Source of the DNA: Bacteroidales bacterium
Lineage (GTDB): Bacteria; Bacteroidota; Bacteroidia; Bacteroidales; Paludibacteraceae
Reading direction: 5' to 3'
Length of the DNA: 58,319 nucleotides
Assembly (NCBI GenBank): GCA_900767595.1
Contig: CAAFZS010000052.1
Span: forward strand, 1-58,319
Of this stretch, positions 41,185 to 49,712 are shown piece after piece. Both the position numbers and the translations under genes were made by a program. How positions within the stretch are numbered: the stretch's first letter is position 1; each line of letters begins with the position of its first letter. A model generated the notes under the pieces. That model searched no databases, was not told the DNA's origin, and saw only the letters and a program-made list of their open reading frames with translations.

Positions 41185-41313
41185 CCGCGGCTCGCAACCG
41201 CGGCTTGTTTAGCATCTTTGTGCCGCGCATCTTTGCGCGGAGTTTGGTTCATTCTCTCCGCATATCTTGCGGAGTCTTGCTTTTTGTTCTTTTGTCCCCG
41301 CATTGAATGCGGG
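41185..41313 (+). repeat. array of four GC-rich CCGC(R)-stem hairpins spaced 33-41 nt apart, each followed by a T-rich tract
   Basis: Hairpins are ccgcgg-ctcgcaa-ccgcgg (41185-41203), ccgcgca-tctt-tgcgcgg (41223-41240), ctccgca-tatct-tgcggag (41256-41274) and cccgcat-tga-atgcggg (41297-41313). Confidence 0.7.
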
Positions 41314-41656
41314 CTCCTCGCCTCTCGTTTCTGGTTTCCCGTTTCTTTTGTTTACACCGTGCTGGCGTCCGGCATAGGCTTCGCACCGCTTCGCGGAAGA
41401 TTATTATCATTAGTACCTGCGGTGCTTTCCTAGATTGTCTAGTCACTACTCCCCTCGCATCTGTGGAATCTGTGAGAGATGTAAAAATCAGAGTGGACAC
41501 AGTCTTCATCGAACGGTGGCACACGCAGACGGTGCCAACCCCTCCCCCTCTGGGGGATTCGGTGGGGGCTACCAAGTTCTACAAGGATTGTACCAAAGGT
41601 TTCTGGGTTTTGCTGATTTTGTTCCTCGGAAGTTTCGCCTTCCGTATTCTCAAGGC

Positions 41657-41687
41657 AATCTACCTCAAAAGGTAGGTTGCTTTTTTG
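41657..41687 (+). terminator. plus-strand intrinsic terminator at the end of the 600-bp non-coding island
   Basis: aatctacct-caaa-aggtaggtt followed by gctttttt. Confidence 0.45.
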
Positions 41688-41703
41688 TATGTACGGGGAT
41701 TTT

Positions 41704-43140
41704 TTACTTCTCGTAACAACCGGCAGAGGCTTGTTTCGCATCGCGAGGCAAGCCTTCTCTGTCCTTATCATAAAGACTAGCCACGGCGGAATCTGCAATG
41801 CCTCGTGCAGGAGAGTTGTCGGCGAGGTGGAAATCGTAATAAGTGTAAACCTCGTATTCGAAATACGTGTTCTTAAATACGCGAGCCGTGTCGCCTTTTT
41901 GCCAGTAGATATTGGGAGTAGAGGAGTAGGGGGGTAGAGGAGTAGGGAGACTATCAGACTTAAGGTAGTTTCCAAAAATACGACCCTCATAATCCTCTCC
42001 AATTGTGTCTGCCCACATTAGGTTATGATTTCCTATGCCGTCAATGACGCAGTTCATAAACTCGGCTGTCACCTTGGGCAGACTATCGGTATTATCGACA
42101 TACACCGCACTAAGTCCCATATTCGGTACAGACTGAATGCGCACATTCGTCGAGTTGAAATACGAGGCTATCGTAGAATGGATAAACGTATGCTTCCCTC
42201 CCATCAGATAGACACAATAAGCGGCACAGTTACTGACCTCCGTATTGCTTACCTCGACATCCATATTGTGTATCGTCAACCCATTACCCGCTTGGTTATG
42301 AATACGGCAGTTCGTTAACCGACAGAGAGGCAGAGAGGCAGAGAGCTTGCTCGTATCCGCATTGATGAGTTGTAGACCATTAGTGCCACTGACCACTTCT
42401 AATCCATTGATGAGATATTCGTCAGGACCACCCTCGGAGTGAATAAGGTAAAAACCGTCCCATCCGCCGGCAGCATAAGCATAAGGTACCTTGTCAAAGA
42501 GGTTGTCAATGCGGTCGCTGATACAAACCCCACCTCCGATAGAAACATTTCCTTCGGCAATCAAACATGCCCCGTTGTGGAAATATAGCCGCGCACCGGA
42601 CTCCATCGCTAATGATTGAGTCACTTTGACCGTATCAAAAATAAGATAAGGCTTGACATTATTGAAGGTGTATTGTTCATAAGTGGTGCAGCGAGTAGGA
42701 GACTTGATCTTCTCCACATCCTGCCCGTAAGCCTCCAAAGCAAGAGGAAAACGATTGCCATTGACCTCAAACCAGAGCATATCCTCAACAAGAACCGGTG
42801 AGTTGGCATCCTGCGGGTCGATATTCACCCTCACATAAAGGATAAGACTATCCCCTCCATTAATCTGACCGCCCATCTTATCGAGTTGTGTCTCCCCGTC
42901 AAAATTGATATAGAAGTATTTCTGCTTGTCTTGTAAAACGTGATCAATGATGACGGCGTTCTTATTGGGATTATATATCGTAACGGACTTGGTGGCACTA
43001 CCCATCGTAGTGAACACCGTATCAAAACGCAACGTGTCCACAGAGAACATTAAGCGCAAAGAGGAATCGGTACTCACTTTTTCGTTTTGGCAAGAGGCAA
43101 AAGCAAGCATACACCAAACTATGTATAATATCTTTTTCAT
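41704..43140 (-). CDS. lipoprotein with a predicted right-handed beta-helix fold
   Basis: Lipobox AFASC. Repetitive N/G-rich beta-helix-like segments. Hosts repeat 41914-41946. Confidence 0.4.
   Translation of the reverse strand: MKKILYIVWCMLAFASCQNEKVSTDSSLRLMFSVDTLRFDTVFTTMGSATKSVTIYNPNKNAVIIDHVLQDKQKYFYINFDGETQLDKMGGQINGGDSLILYVRVNIDPQDANSPVLVEDMLWFEVNGNRFPLALEAYGQDVEKIKSPTRCTTYEQYTFNNVKPYLIFDTVKVTQSLAMESGARLYFHNGACLIAEGNVSIGGGVCISDRIDNLFDKVPYAYAAGGWDGFYLIHSEGGPDEYLINGLEVVSGTNGLQLINADTSKLSASLPLCRLTNCRIHNQAGNGLTIHNMDVEVSNTEVSNCAAYCVYLMGGKHTFIHSTIASYFNSTNVRIQSVPNMGLSAVYVDNTDSLPKVTAEFMNCVIDGIGNHNLMWADTIGEDYEGRIFGNYLKSDSLPTPLPPYSSTPNIYWQKGDTARVFKNTYFEYEVYTYYDFHLADNSPARGIADSAVASLYDKDREGLPRDAKQASAGCYEK
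41914..41946 (-). repeat. mini-repeat family F, in frame in the beta-helix lipoprotein
   Basis: The plus strand reads gggagtagaggagtaggggggtagaggagtaggg. The sense strand encodes PTPLPPYSSTP. Confidence 0.9.
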
Positions 43141-43892
43141 TCGAAGTTAAATACGAGGGAGATAACGTGGTTGGTGAGGTGCGAGATACTGCCCATATAA
43201 TAGCGTTCTGTACACTCCGCTTCTTGGGGATTGGGGTAGAGTTGGTTATTGAAACCGATGTGGTATTTCAATTCCGGACAGAACTTAAACCATTGGAAAT
43301 AAGTATCTACACCAAACCCAATCTCGAAGAAATAATCCAGCAGATTGGTGCACACCGCTCGCTGCTTACTGAAACTATTGACATTGAGACTCACACCGCC
43401 GCCCGTTATCACGTAGGGACGATAGTTCCGCTCCCGAGCCGCCGAGAACTTCAAATACAAAGGAATATCCATCGGGATAGCAAAGTCGCTATTGGTATAA
43501 ACATTATTGATGATTGTAGGGTCGCCTATTTGCGGGTCAATGAACTTAACTTTGGAATTTTCGGCCTTGAAGGTGATGGTGCGTTCCCCGAAATGCAGGG
43601 AAGGACAGAACCGAAGGTTGAGGAAGCGGCAGAGCCGGACATCGGATACAAACCCCACAGCAAAACCCGGACCAACGGAGGAAGTACGAGCATGGATAAG
43701 GGAAGAAACACCATTCACATCTTGTTCTACACCGGACTCTCTTACCCCATAACCTCCAAAGTCCAAACCCAACGAGAACCCGAAGTGGACAATCTTATCA
43801 TCCGCATAAGGGTTATTCTGTCCCTCTTGTGCCATCGCGTTTGTGGCAACAACCAGAACACCTAAAAATACTATAAACTTTAAACTTTTCAA
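43137..43892 (-). CDS. PorT-family outer-membrane beta-barrel protein
   Basis: 251 aa with a signal peptide and an alternating beta-strand pattern. Only a TTG start is available, and the first codons lie in degenerate repeat sequence. Confidence 0.45.
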   Translation of the reverse strand: MKSLKFIVFLGVLVVATNAMAQEGQNNPYADDKIVHFGFSLGLDFGGYGVRESGVEQDVNGVSSLIHARTSSVGPGFAVGFVSDVRLCRFLNLRFCPSLHFGERTITFKAENSKVKFIDPQIGDPTIINNVYTNSDFAIPMDIPLYLKFSAARERNYRPYVITGGGVSLNVNSFSKQRAVCTNLLDYFFEIGFGVDTYFQWFKFCPELKYHIGFNNQLYPNPQEAECTERYYMGSISHLTNHVISLVFNFE

Positions 43893-43933
43893 CTTCTCTA
43901 AACTCTAAACTCTACACTCTACACTCTAAACTA
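43874..43933 (+). repeat. mini-repeat family B filling the TonB-receptor/PorT-like intergenic gap
   Basis: The core ctctaaactctaaactctacactctacactctaaacta (43896-43933) abuts the receptor TAG stop. A degenerate part overlaps the PorT-like TTG start. Confidence 0.9.
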
Positions 43934-46564
43934 ATACTCCGACGTATCTTCAAATCCTCCACCCATGCCGCTATCATCTCCGCTAAACTGGTGCTTATTC
44001 GGTTTTTTGGCTTGTGAATTTCCGAAGTTATAACTAACGGTGAGCGAGATCGTACGTGAGTTCCAGCGGTTCTCGGACCATTGCCAGAAGACTCCTTCTT
44101 CCTCGGTGATGTTACTGCGCGAACGCGAGTTCAACAAGTCCCTTATGTTCAACGCTAACGCAAGTTTACGATCAAGGAAAGTCTTACGCAATCCGAGGTC
44201 GATGCTGTAATGGTGACTGGACATACCCTGTGCCACTACGCGCGGTGAGGAATAACGGCCACGTACCTGACCCGAAAAAGTTTTTGTAAACAGGAACTGT
44301 GCCGTCAGGTTAGCCGTGAAGACGAACGAGTTCTTCATAGGTAGAATAACCTTATCTAACTCTGTTCCGTTCAATACCGGCGTATATTCGGCTTCGTCAA
44401 GACGATTGTAATATCCGCTGATGGAAGTGGTGAGTTGAATCTTATCCTGTAAGAACCTATCCTTTGCAGATACCTCCAATCCTGCGGCATGGCGCTTGCC
44501 TAAGTTCGTAAACGTGGTGTACATAACCGGTCGCTGAGCGTAATCAACGGGACCCATAAAGTTCACTCGTTGCGTTACGCCATTGGTAAATCGATAAAAG
44601 GCTTCTATCGATAACGTATGCATCTCCCACGACTTGAGGTAATTGAGTTCAAGAGCCGAGGAGTATTGCGGCATCAAATTGGGATTACCATAGGAGATGT
44701 TCGTAACATCGGAGATGTCCTTTCTTGGATTAATCTGATGTCCTCTCGGTCGGTCAATACGACGGGTGTAATTCAATTGCAATTCGTGCCCGCTACCAAA
44801 GTCATAACTCAGATACACACTCGGAAAGAGTTGGAAATAACTCGTATCTTGTGTGGCGGTTGTGAGACTGTCTGCGTGATCGGCAGTGAAATAATCCGAC
44901 GATAGATGACGCTTGAAATACTCTCCGCGCAGACCTACTTGTACGGCGAACTTATCCCAGAAGCGATTGCCGTAGGTGATATATAGCGCGTGGGTCTGCT
45001 CGTTGTTCGTAAAATCGTTGAAGATCAGCCGCTCTTGTTGTTCTCTATTCTGTCCGTTCCACGCATTGGCATAGGTATTGCGCCAAGCTAAATCGGTTTG
45101 CCAACCGGCCTCCAAACGGCTCTGTTTAGTGGGCTTCCATTCGTAATCGGCTTTGAGTTGCACGGATTGATCTTTGTTCGCGTTGAGTTGCTCTTGATAG
45201 GTCGTTTGCTCATCTATCACCGGATAATCGGGCTGCGCTATGTCGTGGTAGAGTTGGGTATAGAACTGGTCGTTGTTCCAGTTCCATTGGTTATACTGCG
45301 CACTCATCTGCAAATAATGCTCCTTACTAATCTCAAAACGCCAATCCACCATCGCATTGCCTCCCGGGTTATATCCGCTACCTTTCTGATTGCGGTCATA
45401 ATAGTTGATGAGAGTCTCTTTGTTGTTTTCATCTTGCGGACCGATAAACGAATCGACACGATACATCATATAACTGGCAGGCGAGTTGTTTTGGTTACTG
45501 AACCATCCGTTGGTTTTATCGTCCTTTGCACTAATCATACCAAAAGCCGACACGCCAATCGTACTGCGTTCCGTTATGTGAAAATCCAATCCACCGCGAA
45601 GGTACATGCCTCCGTGGTCGTGCTGGTTTTGTCCGTCTTTAATGAGACGCTCAATCTCGTCTTTCCCTTCAGGTCCGGTGCCTTTAGAGAAATTATATCG
45701 GTCGGACTTCGATGAGCCATTACTGAAATTGCGGTTGTAGCCCATACTTACATAACCTTCCACTATCCCTTTGTTGAAATTGAGGTTAAAACCGAGTCTT
45801 CCTCCGGGAGGGATATTCCAAGGCTTGGCAAGGGCATAACTGAGATCCAAACTGACAGAACCATAATAGCCTGCCTGACGGTTCTTTTTGGTAACAAGGT
45901 TGATGATACCTGCCGTTCCTTCCGGCGAATACTTGGCGGACGGATTGGTGATAATCTCAATCTCCTTAATCGACTCCGCCGGCATCATCTTGAGTATATC
46001 CGCCCGGTTCTCTGCGGTCAACCCCGCAGGTTTGCCGTTAATCCAAACGACCACGTCTTCGGAGTTACGAAGGGATATTGTCCCCTCCTGCTCGTTCACA
46101 TCTACAGACGGGATATTCGCCAAAGCATCGGTTACACTGGCTCCGGCATTTGCCATATTCTGATCTACGGTAAACACTTTCTTATCAAGCTCAAAACGCA
46201 TATTTGAACTCTGGGCTACGACCTCCACCTCTTGCAACGAACGTGTATCTTCGCGTAGGACAATCTTGCCGATATTGATGGTCTCGGTATTGACATCAAT
46301 CGTCTTCTGCGTCTCTTTGTATCCCATAAAAGATACGTGCAAAGTATAGGAACCTTTTTTAATATCGGTCAAAAGGAAAGAACCATCCTCATTGGTGGAA
46401 ACACCCGTTAAGGGAATAGAGTCGTTAACACGTGTTATGCTGACATTGGCAAAGTCAATCGGCTGTCTTGTGGCAGCATCGATGACCTTTCCTACGATGT
46501 CTCCTGCCCATAACGGGAGGAGAGTATAGAGGAGGGTTAATGTGAATAGTGCTCGTTTAACCAT
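43931..46564 (-). CDS. TonB-dependent outer-membrane receptor (CarboxypepD_reg-like N-terminal domain)
   Basis: 877 aa. N-terminus GKVIDAATRQPIDFANVSI, then a plug region and a C-terminal beta-barrel ending in an aromatic residue (Y). Confidence 0.8.
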   Translation of the reverse strand: MVKRALFTLTLLYTLLPLWAGDIVGKVIDAATRQPIDFANVSITRVNDSIPLTGVSTNEDGSFLLTDIKKGSYTLHVSFMGYKETQKTIDVNTETINIGKIVLREDTRSLQEVEVVAQSSNMRFELDKKVFTVDQNMANAGASVTDALANIPSVDVNEQEGTISLRNSEDVVVWINGKPAGLTAENRADILKMMPAESIKEIEIITNPSAKYSPEGTAGIINLVTKKNRQAGYYGSVSLDLSYALAKPWNIPPGGRLGFNLNFNKGIVEGYVSMGYNRNFSNGSSKSDRYNFSKGTGPEGKDEIERLIKDGQNQHDHGGMYLRGGLDFHITERSTIGVSAFGMISAKDDKTNGWFSNQNNSPASYMMYRVDSFIGPQDENNKETLINYYDRNQKGSGYNPGGNAMVDWRFEISKEHYLQMSAQYNQWNWNNDQFYTQLYHDIAQPDYPVIDEQTTYQEQLNANKDQSVQLKADYEWKPTKQSRLEAGWQTDLAWRNTYANAWNGQNREQQERLIFNDFTNNEQTHALYITYGNRFWDKFAVQVGLRGEYFKRHLSSDYFTADHADSLTTATQDTSYFQLFPSVYLSYDFGSGHELQLNYTRRIDRPRGHQINPRKDISDVTNISYGNPNLMPQYSSALELNYLKSWEMHTLSIEAFYRFTNGVTQRVNFMGPVDYAQRPVMYTTFTNLGKRHAAGLEVSAKDRFLQDKIQLTTSISGYYNRLDEAEYTPVLNGTELDKVILPMKNSFVFTANLTAQFLFTKTFSGQVRGRYSSPRVVAQGMSSHHYSIDLGLRKTFLDRKLALALNIRDLLNSRSRSNITEEEGVFWQWSENRWNSRTISLTVSYNFGNSQAKKPNKHQFSGDDSGMGGGFEDTSEY

Positions 46565-46962
46565 TGTACGGCTTGATTATAGCCATCGGTTCCGTGACCG
46601 ATGATGCTGTGTTGACAAACGTCTGTTAATAGACTGGTTCTGCGGAATGGTTCTCTATTCAAAATATTACTAATATGCACTTCCACGACAGGAACGGTAC
46701 ATAACTCAATGGCATCCCTTATACTTACGCTCGTGTGCGTGTACCCGCCCGCGTTTAATATAATGCCGTCGCAATCGGCGGCTTGCAGCCAATCAATGAT
46801 ATCCCCTTCGTGGTTACTCTGCTTATACGTGAAGCAAACATCGTGCCAAAGTCGTTGGAGTTCGATTAAAATCGTCTCCATCGACTTTGTACCATAAATC
46901 TTCGGGTCTCTTTTCCCGAGTAGATTTAGATTCGGACCATTAATAATGAGAATATTCTTCAT
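46537..46962 (-). CDS. aroQ: type II 3-dehydroquinate dehydratase
   Basis: Contains ILIINGPNLNLLG...QSNHEG...NAGGYTHTSV...EVHISN. Confidence 0.9.
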   Translation of the reverse strand: MKNILIINGPNLNLLGKRDPKIYGTKSMETILIELQRLWHDVCFTYKQSNHEGDIIDWLQAADCDGIILNAGGYTHTSVSIRDAIELCTVPVVEVHISNILNREPFRRTSLLTDVCQHSIIGHGTDGYNQAVQWLNEHYSH

Positions 46963-47005
46963 TCTTCATTCTTCATTCTTCAATCTTCAATCTTCAATCT
47001 TCAAT
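46954..47005 (+). repeat. mini-repeat family A (CATTCTT then CAATCTT units) filling the rho/aroQ intergenic gap
   Basis: attcttcattcttcattcttcattcttcaatcttcaatcttcaatcttcaatc. It abuts the rho stop (47006) and includes the aroQ ATG (46960-46962 on the minus strand). Confidence 0.95.
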
Positions 47006-48745
47006 CTACCTCGCCCCATTGACGGCGAGCAGGAACTCGTCATTATCGTTGGTTCGCTCCATGTAGGATTTGAGTTTCTCCATAGCTTCGATACCATTCA
47101 TATCACTGAGTTGTTTACGTATCTGCCACATACGAGATAATACATCTTCCGGTAATAGCAGGTCATCGCGACGCGTACTGGATGCCGGAATATCCACAGC
47201 GGGGAAGATACGTTTGTTCGATAGTTTGCGATCCAGCTGCAACTCCATGTTTCCTGTACCCTTGAACTCCTCGAAGATAAGGTCATCCATCTTACTACCC
47301 GTTTCGGTCAAAGCCGTAGCGATAATCGTCAGACTACCGCCATTCTCAATGTTTCGGGCAGCACCAAAGAAACGTTTAGGCTTGTGAAGTGCTTGGGCCT
47401 CCACACCACCGGACAACACTTTACCGCTTGCAGGGGCTACCGTGTTATAGGCACGTGCCAAACGTGTGATAGAGTCGAGTAGGATAACCACGTCGTGACC
47501 ACATTCCACTAATCGTTTTGCTTTCTCGTGTACGATATTCGCTACCTTAACGTGGTTCTCTGCGGGTTCATCAAAGGTCGAAGCAATCACTTCGGCTTTG
47601 ACGCTACGCGCCATATCGGTAACTTCCTCCGGACGCTCGTCAATGAGCAGCACAATCATATACACCTCGGGGTGGTTGGCGGAAATAGCGTTGGCAATCT
47701 CTTTTAACAAAACGGTCTTACCGGTCTTTGGTTGCGCCACAATCAGTCCGCGTTGACCCTTACCGATAGGAGCAAAGAGGTCTATGATACGCACGCTCAA
47801 CGGATCACTCTTATCGCCCTTGCAGAGTTTGAACTTCTCATCAGGGAAGAGAGGCGTTAAGTTCTCAAACGCTGTACGACGCTTCGCTTGCTCGGGATCA
47901 AGTCCGTTGACGCGGATCACTTTATCTAATGGGAAATATTTATCCGTCTCTTTGTTAATGCGTATCGTGCACTCAACCGTATCACCGGTTTTGAGACCAT
48001 ATTGCTTGATTTGCTGTTGACTCACATAGATGTCATCAGGAGACGAGAGGTAGTTGTAATCCGCAGAACGTAAGAACCCGTATCCGTCTTGTACGCTTTC
48101 TAATGTTCCCATCGCAATCACGTTCTCTCCCAAACTCAATTGGGGTTCCTCCGGTTTTTCCGGCGTTGCCGGTGTTTCCGGATTTTCCGGTGTTTCCGGT
48201 TTTTCCGGCATCTTTGCATCCTCTACCTTTGCCGATTCCTCTACCTTTACCTTCGGTTTGCGTCCCCGCTTCTTTGGCTGTGGTTTGGGTTCCTCTGCTG
48301 CGGGAGCAGGTGTGGAAGCAGATGTCGGAGCAGACTCTGCCTGCGGTCCCTCCAACGTCGCCTCGATTTGTTGCAAAGGTTTACGGGCCTCGACAGCCGC
48401 TACGGTGCGGTTCTTGCGGTGCTCTACCTTTGCTTGGGTGTGTTGCAACTCGTGGAGCGTCTCTTTTTCATCTCCAACGGTAGCGCCGGTGATTTTCTGT
48501 TCTAAGTCTTGGGTCTCCACCTTTTCTACTTTGGGCGCCTGCGCTTGGCGAATGCGCACACGCTCGCGCTTACTGGTCTCTTTTGCCTGTACTTCTACCG
48601 CACGTTGGTCGGCTTGCGCGTCCAAGATACTATAAGCAATCATCTTGGGAGTCTGACTGCGACGAGTCTTTAAACCCAACGAGTCGGCTACCTCACGTAA
48701 CTCTTCGAGCGACATACGCTCGAGTCTTTTCATATCATACTGCAT
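47006..48745 (-). CDS. rho: transcription termination factor Rho with a long disordered N-terminal insertion
   Basis: ORF trimmed to ATG 48745; ATG 48733 is an alternative. Walker A AQPKTGKT and RNA-binding domain GFLR. K/E/P-rich insert. Confidence 0.9.
   Translation of the reverse strand: MQYDMKRLERMSLEELREVADSLGLKTRRSQTPKMIAYSILDAQADQRAVEVQAKETSKRERVRIRQAQAPKVEKVETQDLEQKITGATVGDEKETLHELQHTQAKVEHRKNRTVAAVEARKPLQQIEATLEGPQAESAPTSASTPAPAAEEPKPQPKKRGRKPKVKVEESAKVEDAKMPEKPETPENPETPATPEKPEEPQLSLGENVIAMGTLESVQDGYGFLRSADYNYLSSPDDIYVSQQQIKQYGLKTGDTVECTIRINKETDKYFPLDKVIRVNGLDPEQAKRRTAFENLTPLFPDEKFKLCKGDKSDPLSVRIIDLFAPIGKGQRGLIVAQPKTGKTVLLKEIANAISANHPEVYMIVLLIDERPEEVTDMARSVKAEVIASTFDEPAENHVKVANIVHEKAKRLVECGHDVVILLDSITRLARAYNTVAPASGKVLSGGVEAQALHKPKRFFGAARNIENGGSLTIIATALTETGSKMDDLIFEEFKGTGNMELQLDRKLSNKRIFPAVDIPASSTRRDDLLLPEDVLSRMWQIRKQLSDMNGIEAMEKLKSYMERTNDNDEFLLAVNGAR
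48151..48209 (-). repeat. in-frame 9-nt tandem repeat (NNTTTCCGG on the plus strand) in the rho N-terminal insert
   Basis: ccggtttttccggcgttgccggtgtttccggattttccggtgtttccggtttttccggc. The sense strand encodes [20 protein letters not shown]. Confidence 0.85.
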
Positions 48746-48801
48746 AAATCTAAAATATAAGTTTTCAAAGGAAAGTCGAGAGATATTCTCGAAAAACGGT
48801 G

Positions 48802-48832
48802 CAAAAGTAGTAAAAAAAAATGATATACGCAA
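48802..48832 (-). promoter_or_regulatory. promoter (-7 TACTTTTG) for rho
   Basis: Reverse complement of caaaagta at 48802-48809, with an upstream TTG (reverse complement of 48830-48832) at 20-nt spacing. Confidence 0.5.
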
Positions 48833-48869
48833 GCAATTTGAAAAAAAAATGCAAAAAAATGCAAAAATA

Positions 48870-48901
48870 TTTGCTTATATAAAAAAAATATAGTAATTTT
48901 G
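48870..48901 (+). promoter_or_regulatory. promoter (-33 TTTG / -7 TAATTTTG) for rpmB-rpmG-DUF4295
   Basis: TTTG at 48870-48873 and TAATTTTG at 48894-48901, with a 20-nt spacer. Confidence 0.6.
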
Positions 48902-48966
48902 CACGATTTTTCGCGTGGAGTAGTCTGCGCCAAGGTTAGAAAACATTAATTTAATTTATATATATC

Positions 48967-49206
48967 ATGTCTAAGATTTGTCAAATTACCGGCAAGAAAG
49001 CCGTGGGCGGATGCAACGTCTCGCACTCGAAGCGCCACACAAAGCGTACCTTCGATGTGAACTTGTTCCGCAAGAAGTTCTACTGGGTAGAACAGGATTG
49101 CTGGATCCAGCTGAACGTGAGCGCAGCGGGTCTGCGTACAATTAACAAAATCGGATTGGACGCTGCTCTGAAGCAGGCCGCCGAAAAAGGGTATTTATAC
49201 GAATAA
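48967..49206 (+). CDS. rpmB: 50S ribosomal protein L28
   Basis: Begins [11 protein letters not shown]...SHSKRHTKR. Confidence 0.9.
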   Translation: MSKICQITGKKAVGGCNVSHSKRHTKRTFDVNLFRKKFYWVEQDCWIQLNVSAAGLRTINKIGLDAALKQAAEKGYLYE

Positions 49207-49221
49207 TTAGGAGGATTAGTT

Positions 49222-49410
49222 ATGGCAAAGAAAACGAAAGAGGCTCGTGTACAAGTTATTCTTGAATGCACAGAACAAAAGGCCAGCGGTGTGCCCGGTA
49301 TGTCTCGTTACATCACCACAAAGAACCGTAAGAACACTCCTGATCGTCTTGAGTTGAAGAAGTATAACCCCTTCCTCAAACGTTACACCATCCATAAGGA
49401 GATTAAGTAA
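49222..49410 (+). CDS. rpmG: 50S ribosomal protein L33
   Basis: Begins [18 protein letters not shown]...[21 protein letters not shown]. Confidence 0.9.
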   Translation: MAKKTKEARVQVILECTEQKASGVPGMSRYITTKNRKNTPDRLELKKYNPFLKRYTIHKEIK

Positions 49411-49431
49411 TCATTAAAAACGAATTAAACT

Positions 49432-49584
49432 ATGGCAAAGAAAGCGGTTGCAACCCTGCATACTACCAACGCCGGTCGTACTCACTCCAAATGCATTAAG
49501 ATGGTGAAGAGTCCTAAGACGGGTGCTTACATCTTCGAAGAAGAAGTTGTGTTAAACGAGAAGGTAAGCGAGTTTTTTAAGTAA
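49432..49584 (+). CDS. DUF4295-family small protein
   Basis: 50-aa ORF absent from the ORF track: MAKKAVATLHTTNAGRTHSKCIKMVKSPKTGAYIFEEEVVLNEKVSEFFK. Its position after rpmB-rpmG is conserved in Bacteroidota. Confidence 0.6.
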   Translation: MAKKAVATLHTTNAGRTHSKCIKMVKSPKTGAYIFEEEVVLNEKVSEFFK

Positions 49585-49607
49585 AAATCTCGTATATTTG
49601 ATAAAAA

Positions 49608-49641
49608 TGCACATAATATTTGGTTATGTGCATTTTTTTTT
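49608..49641 (+). terminator. intrinsic terminator after rpmB-rpmG-DUF4295
   Basis: tgcacataa-tatttgg-ttatgtgca followed by a run of 9 T and preceded by an A-tract. Confidence 0.75.
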
Positions 49642-49650
49642 GTACCTTTG
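49619..49650 (+). promoter_or_regulatory. promoter (-33 TTTG / -7 TACCTTTG) for the lipid kinase
   Basis: TTTG at 49619-49622 (in the terminator loop) and TACCTTTG at 49643-49650. Confidence 0.55.
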
Positions 49651-49666
49651 CAGCCGCAAACGAATA

Positions 49667-49700
49667 TTAAACCCGCTAAACCGGTTAAACTTGTTAAACC
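49667..49700 (+). repeat. mini-repeat family I (TTAAACC-type 8-mers x4) in the 5' UTR of the lipid-kinase gene
   Basis: ttaaacccgctaaaccggttaaacttgttaaacc lies between the -7 box (49643-49650) and ATG 49713. Confidence 0.75.
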
Positions 49701-49712
49701 TTTTATACTAAT

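Noticed and set aside
41249-42002. ORFs in or entering the non-coding island: 41112..41303(-), 41249..41575(-), 41307..41675(+) and 41439..42002(-).
   Set aside because: They have low-complexity R/C/S/T-rich translations, overlap one another in several frames, have no start context and are shaped by hairpin sequences. The region is treated as non-coding.
43931-46564. Whether the TonB-dependent receptor is the SusC of a PUL.
   Set aside because: There is no adjacent SusD-like gene. It belongs to the CarboxypepD_reg plus generic beta-barrel type and lies 23 kb from the glycan cluster.
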